Assembly (NCBI GenBank): GCA_000934665.2
Contig: JYFJ02003524.1
Coordinates: 1-40,550 of the forward strand
Direction: 5' to 3'
Origin: Catajapyx aquilonaris
Taxonomy: Eukaryota
DNA length: 40,550 nucleotides
Below are positions 38,201 through 40,550 of the stretch, piece by piece (the stretch's first letter is position 1; every line of letters begins with the position of its first letter). The notes under the pieces were generated by a model. It saw only the letters and a program-made list of their open reading frames with translations. It had not been told where the DNA came from and made no database searches. Made by a program: the position numbers and the translations under genes.

Positions 38201-39246
38201 TTGCCGAGAGAACAACTTTTAGGGTGCAATTTACACAATTGAGGTTATATGTACAAGTATTATAAAAGTAGCTTCATACTACGTGCATATTGATAGGCTG
38301 TAGAACCTTACGCGTGCATAAATGTGGATGCATTATTTTCGATCACATAAGCCATATTTCCTTTCCTTCTTGACTACTAGTTAATCATAGTTAAAAATCT
38401 GAACTCAGCATTGAAAGCAGAAGATACGCAATGTTTAGCTTGTAGAGCACACAGTTATATTTTTGGGGTGTTAATGAATATTTGATAAACTAAAATTTGT
38501 GCCTTTGCCCTTTGTTATTTTACCTTGCTTCATGTTTGGAGGAACTACGCAGAGGCTAGTGCTGAAAAGGTAGCCCATTCCCAGTTGTCAGGCGGTCTAA
38601 ATTTAATTTTGCATTCCGGGTGCAACATGAGAGGTGGAAATTGCACAGCAGGGTACGTAGTATGATTCCATTGTCTTGTATTCAGAGCAGTATTTTGCAG
38701 TGGTGTAATAGGGTTATAATTTCTGTCTGCATACACGACGAGCTTTTGCTCGCGTTGGAAATCAGGAATAAATAATGATATATTTTTTATACCGGACACT
38801 ATAGTCAGACTTTCTAATTTACTTGCCCAGGCGTTACGGGCATGTTATACTGTACGTGACGTAGTGTAACAAAACACTGAAGTAATATACGATTTCCACA
38901 TGTCATACAGTCCATAGTACCGGTGCAGTATATTATATTTTGCAATAATTGCCGATATTATATTGGTGCCTATGCCCTAAGGGCTACACCTACTGCCTTA
39001 TACTGACCTTCTTTATGAAGCTGAAGTGATGAGTACCGTAGGCGTGTACAGGACTACCAACGACCAACCTGTCAGTAGCACATGCGATGTTTACACAATT
39101 AATATTGTCTTGGATCAGGAGTGGCTCATTCATGCTTTCAAAATATCACTTTCCGATTAATATGCTACCGTAATTGACATTTTCCCATGAAAATAACCTC
39201 GCTTACCTTAATACACACAGCCTGGCTGTTACCATTTCCCAATATA

Positions 39247-39667
39247 CAGGGTGGTCACGGTAACTCTGGCAAAAATCACAGGGTGGGTAGAGGCCCCATA
39301 GGAAAGTATTTTAGGTACCCATGTCCGGAAATGCCCCCGTACGGGGGTACGGCCGTTTCCACCTTTAGTATGTTGCGCCTGTTGGGTAGGCAACCCATCG
39401 TACTCGAAGGTTGCGTTCATCAGGTTTTGCACTTGACACTCGCAATTGTTTTCACCTTCGTCTCCTCCACACGCGACACACCTGATGAACGCAAGCTTCG
39501 AGTACGATGGGTTGGTTGCCTACCCACCAGGTGCAACATACTAAAGGTGGAAACGGCCGTACCCCGTACGGGGACATTTCCGGACATGGGTACCTAAGCT
39601 CAACATACTTGCCTATGGGGCCTCTACCCACCCTATGATTTTTGCCAGAGTTACCGTGACCACCCTG
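39247..39667. mobile_element. Tc1/mariner-type foldback MITE with ~180-bp TIRs
   Basis: Begins TA|CAGGGTGGTCACGG and ends CCGTGACCACCCTG followed by g-ta. Arms 39247-39425 and 39480-39667 are highly complementary with small indels; 54-bp spacer; no transposase ORF. Confidence 0.9.
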
Positions 39668-40550
39668 GTATTGTTAATTAAACCTGGAAATAATATTTAA
39701 TATGCGGCCAAAATCATATCTTTTCATTATACAGTAACATATTTCCCTAAATTAAACCTGTGTAACAAGAGTTGCAAAACAATTTATTTCCTTAAATATC
39801 AACAAATTCTCAACAAAACATCAAAATATTTGAAAATAATTTTCAAAATTTGAAAATGACTGGTAAGACGCATTTTAAAATGTTGACGCCTAAAGCTATG
39901 AAATAATCACTCGCTAACCTGAAATACACCAGTAATAATATTGGCGGCATGTCTAGCTCTTGAAAAAGTAGTTTTTTATAGTAGCATAAATCGAAAGGTA
40001 AAAAAATATGTGTGTAAATTTATGAGCCCGCCAAAATTCTTCATTGCACCACATATCTATTTATGATTTATCTAGGCCACACTTGAGATGCTCGTACAAA
40101 TAATAGGCCTACAGTATTAGTTCAGCAAAGTTGTTGTCTGATTCAATCTAGGATGAAATGCAGAATGACAGTTAATACAGTAGAAGTAGTTCCTTTTATT
40201 TAGTTTGTTGAGAGGCGACCTGCTCTTTTGCTATACGTGACTTATAATGTAGAGACACTAACATACTGATAGGAGCTAAGTAGCCATTGGACAAAGGAGA
40301 ATCATCCTTGTGAATATGGGTTCCTAGAAAATGAAATATAATTTATTCATGACTACACACGTGTAATGTGATGAGATTGTGTGTATACCTACAGTATGCT
40401 GGTGTGACGTCCTCTCAGAAGAAGAAGAAGAGGAATCACAGGAAAAGCTGAAAGATCGTTGATAAAATCGATCCTCTGCATCTACAAGCACTATAGTATC
40501 AATATCGTCCCCTGCCTTCCATCTCCCTCCCACTATAGATCCCCCCCCCC

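Noticed and set aside
39187..39597. 136-aa ORF
   Set aside because: Lies within the inverted arms of the MITE and has no transposase or other recognisable motif.

Overview
Eukaryotic, most likely invertebrate-animal, genomic DNA that is almost entirely non-coding. The one well-supported protein-coding segment is the first coding exon of a TMTC-family protein O-mannosyltransferase (most similar to arthropod TMTC1) on the minus strand at 6275-6645. It ends at a phase-2 GT donor, and the rest of the gene lies beyond the left edge of the window. The remaining ~34 kb upstream is a gene-poor tract containing: a tRNA-derived V-domain-type SINE family (two copies with target-site duplications, two decayed); several non-autonomous DNA elements (Tc1/mariner-type foldback MITE, composite hAT-type MITE with an exact 8-bp TSD, a 148-bp P-like MITE with an exact 8-bp TSD, other TIR elements); short decayed transposase/RT relics; (AAT)n microsatellites; and GC-rich, motif-dense patches that may be enhancers or promoters. 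The most unusual signal is a set of three long, almost loop-less palindromes (11239-11385, 21629-21691, 38055-38200) whose transition-type mismatches all resolve as G:U/G:T wobbles on one strand per palindrome. There is no CRISPR array, rRNA, intact tRNA or prokaryotic-type system. Most entries in the ORF track are chance ORFs. All family assignments come from visual motif recognition, not database searches.
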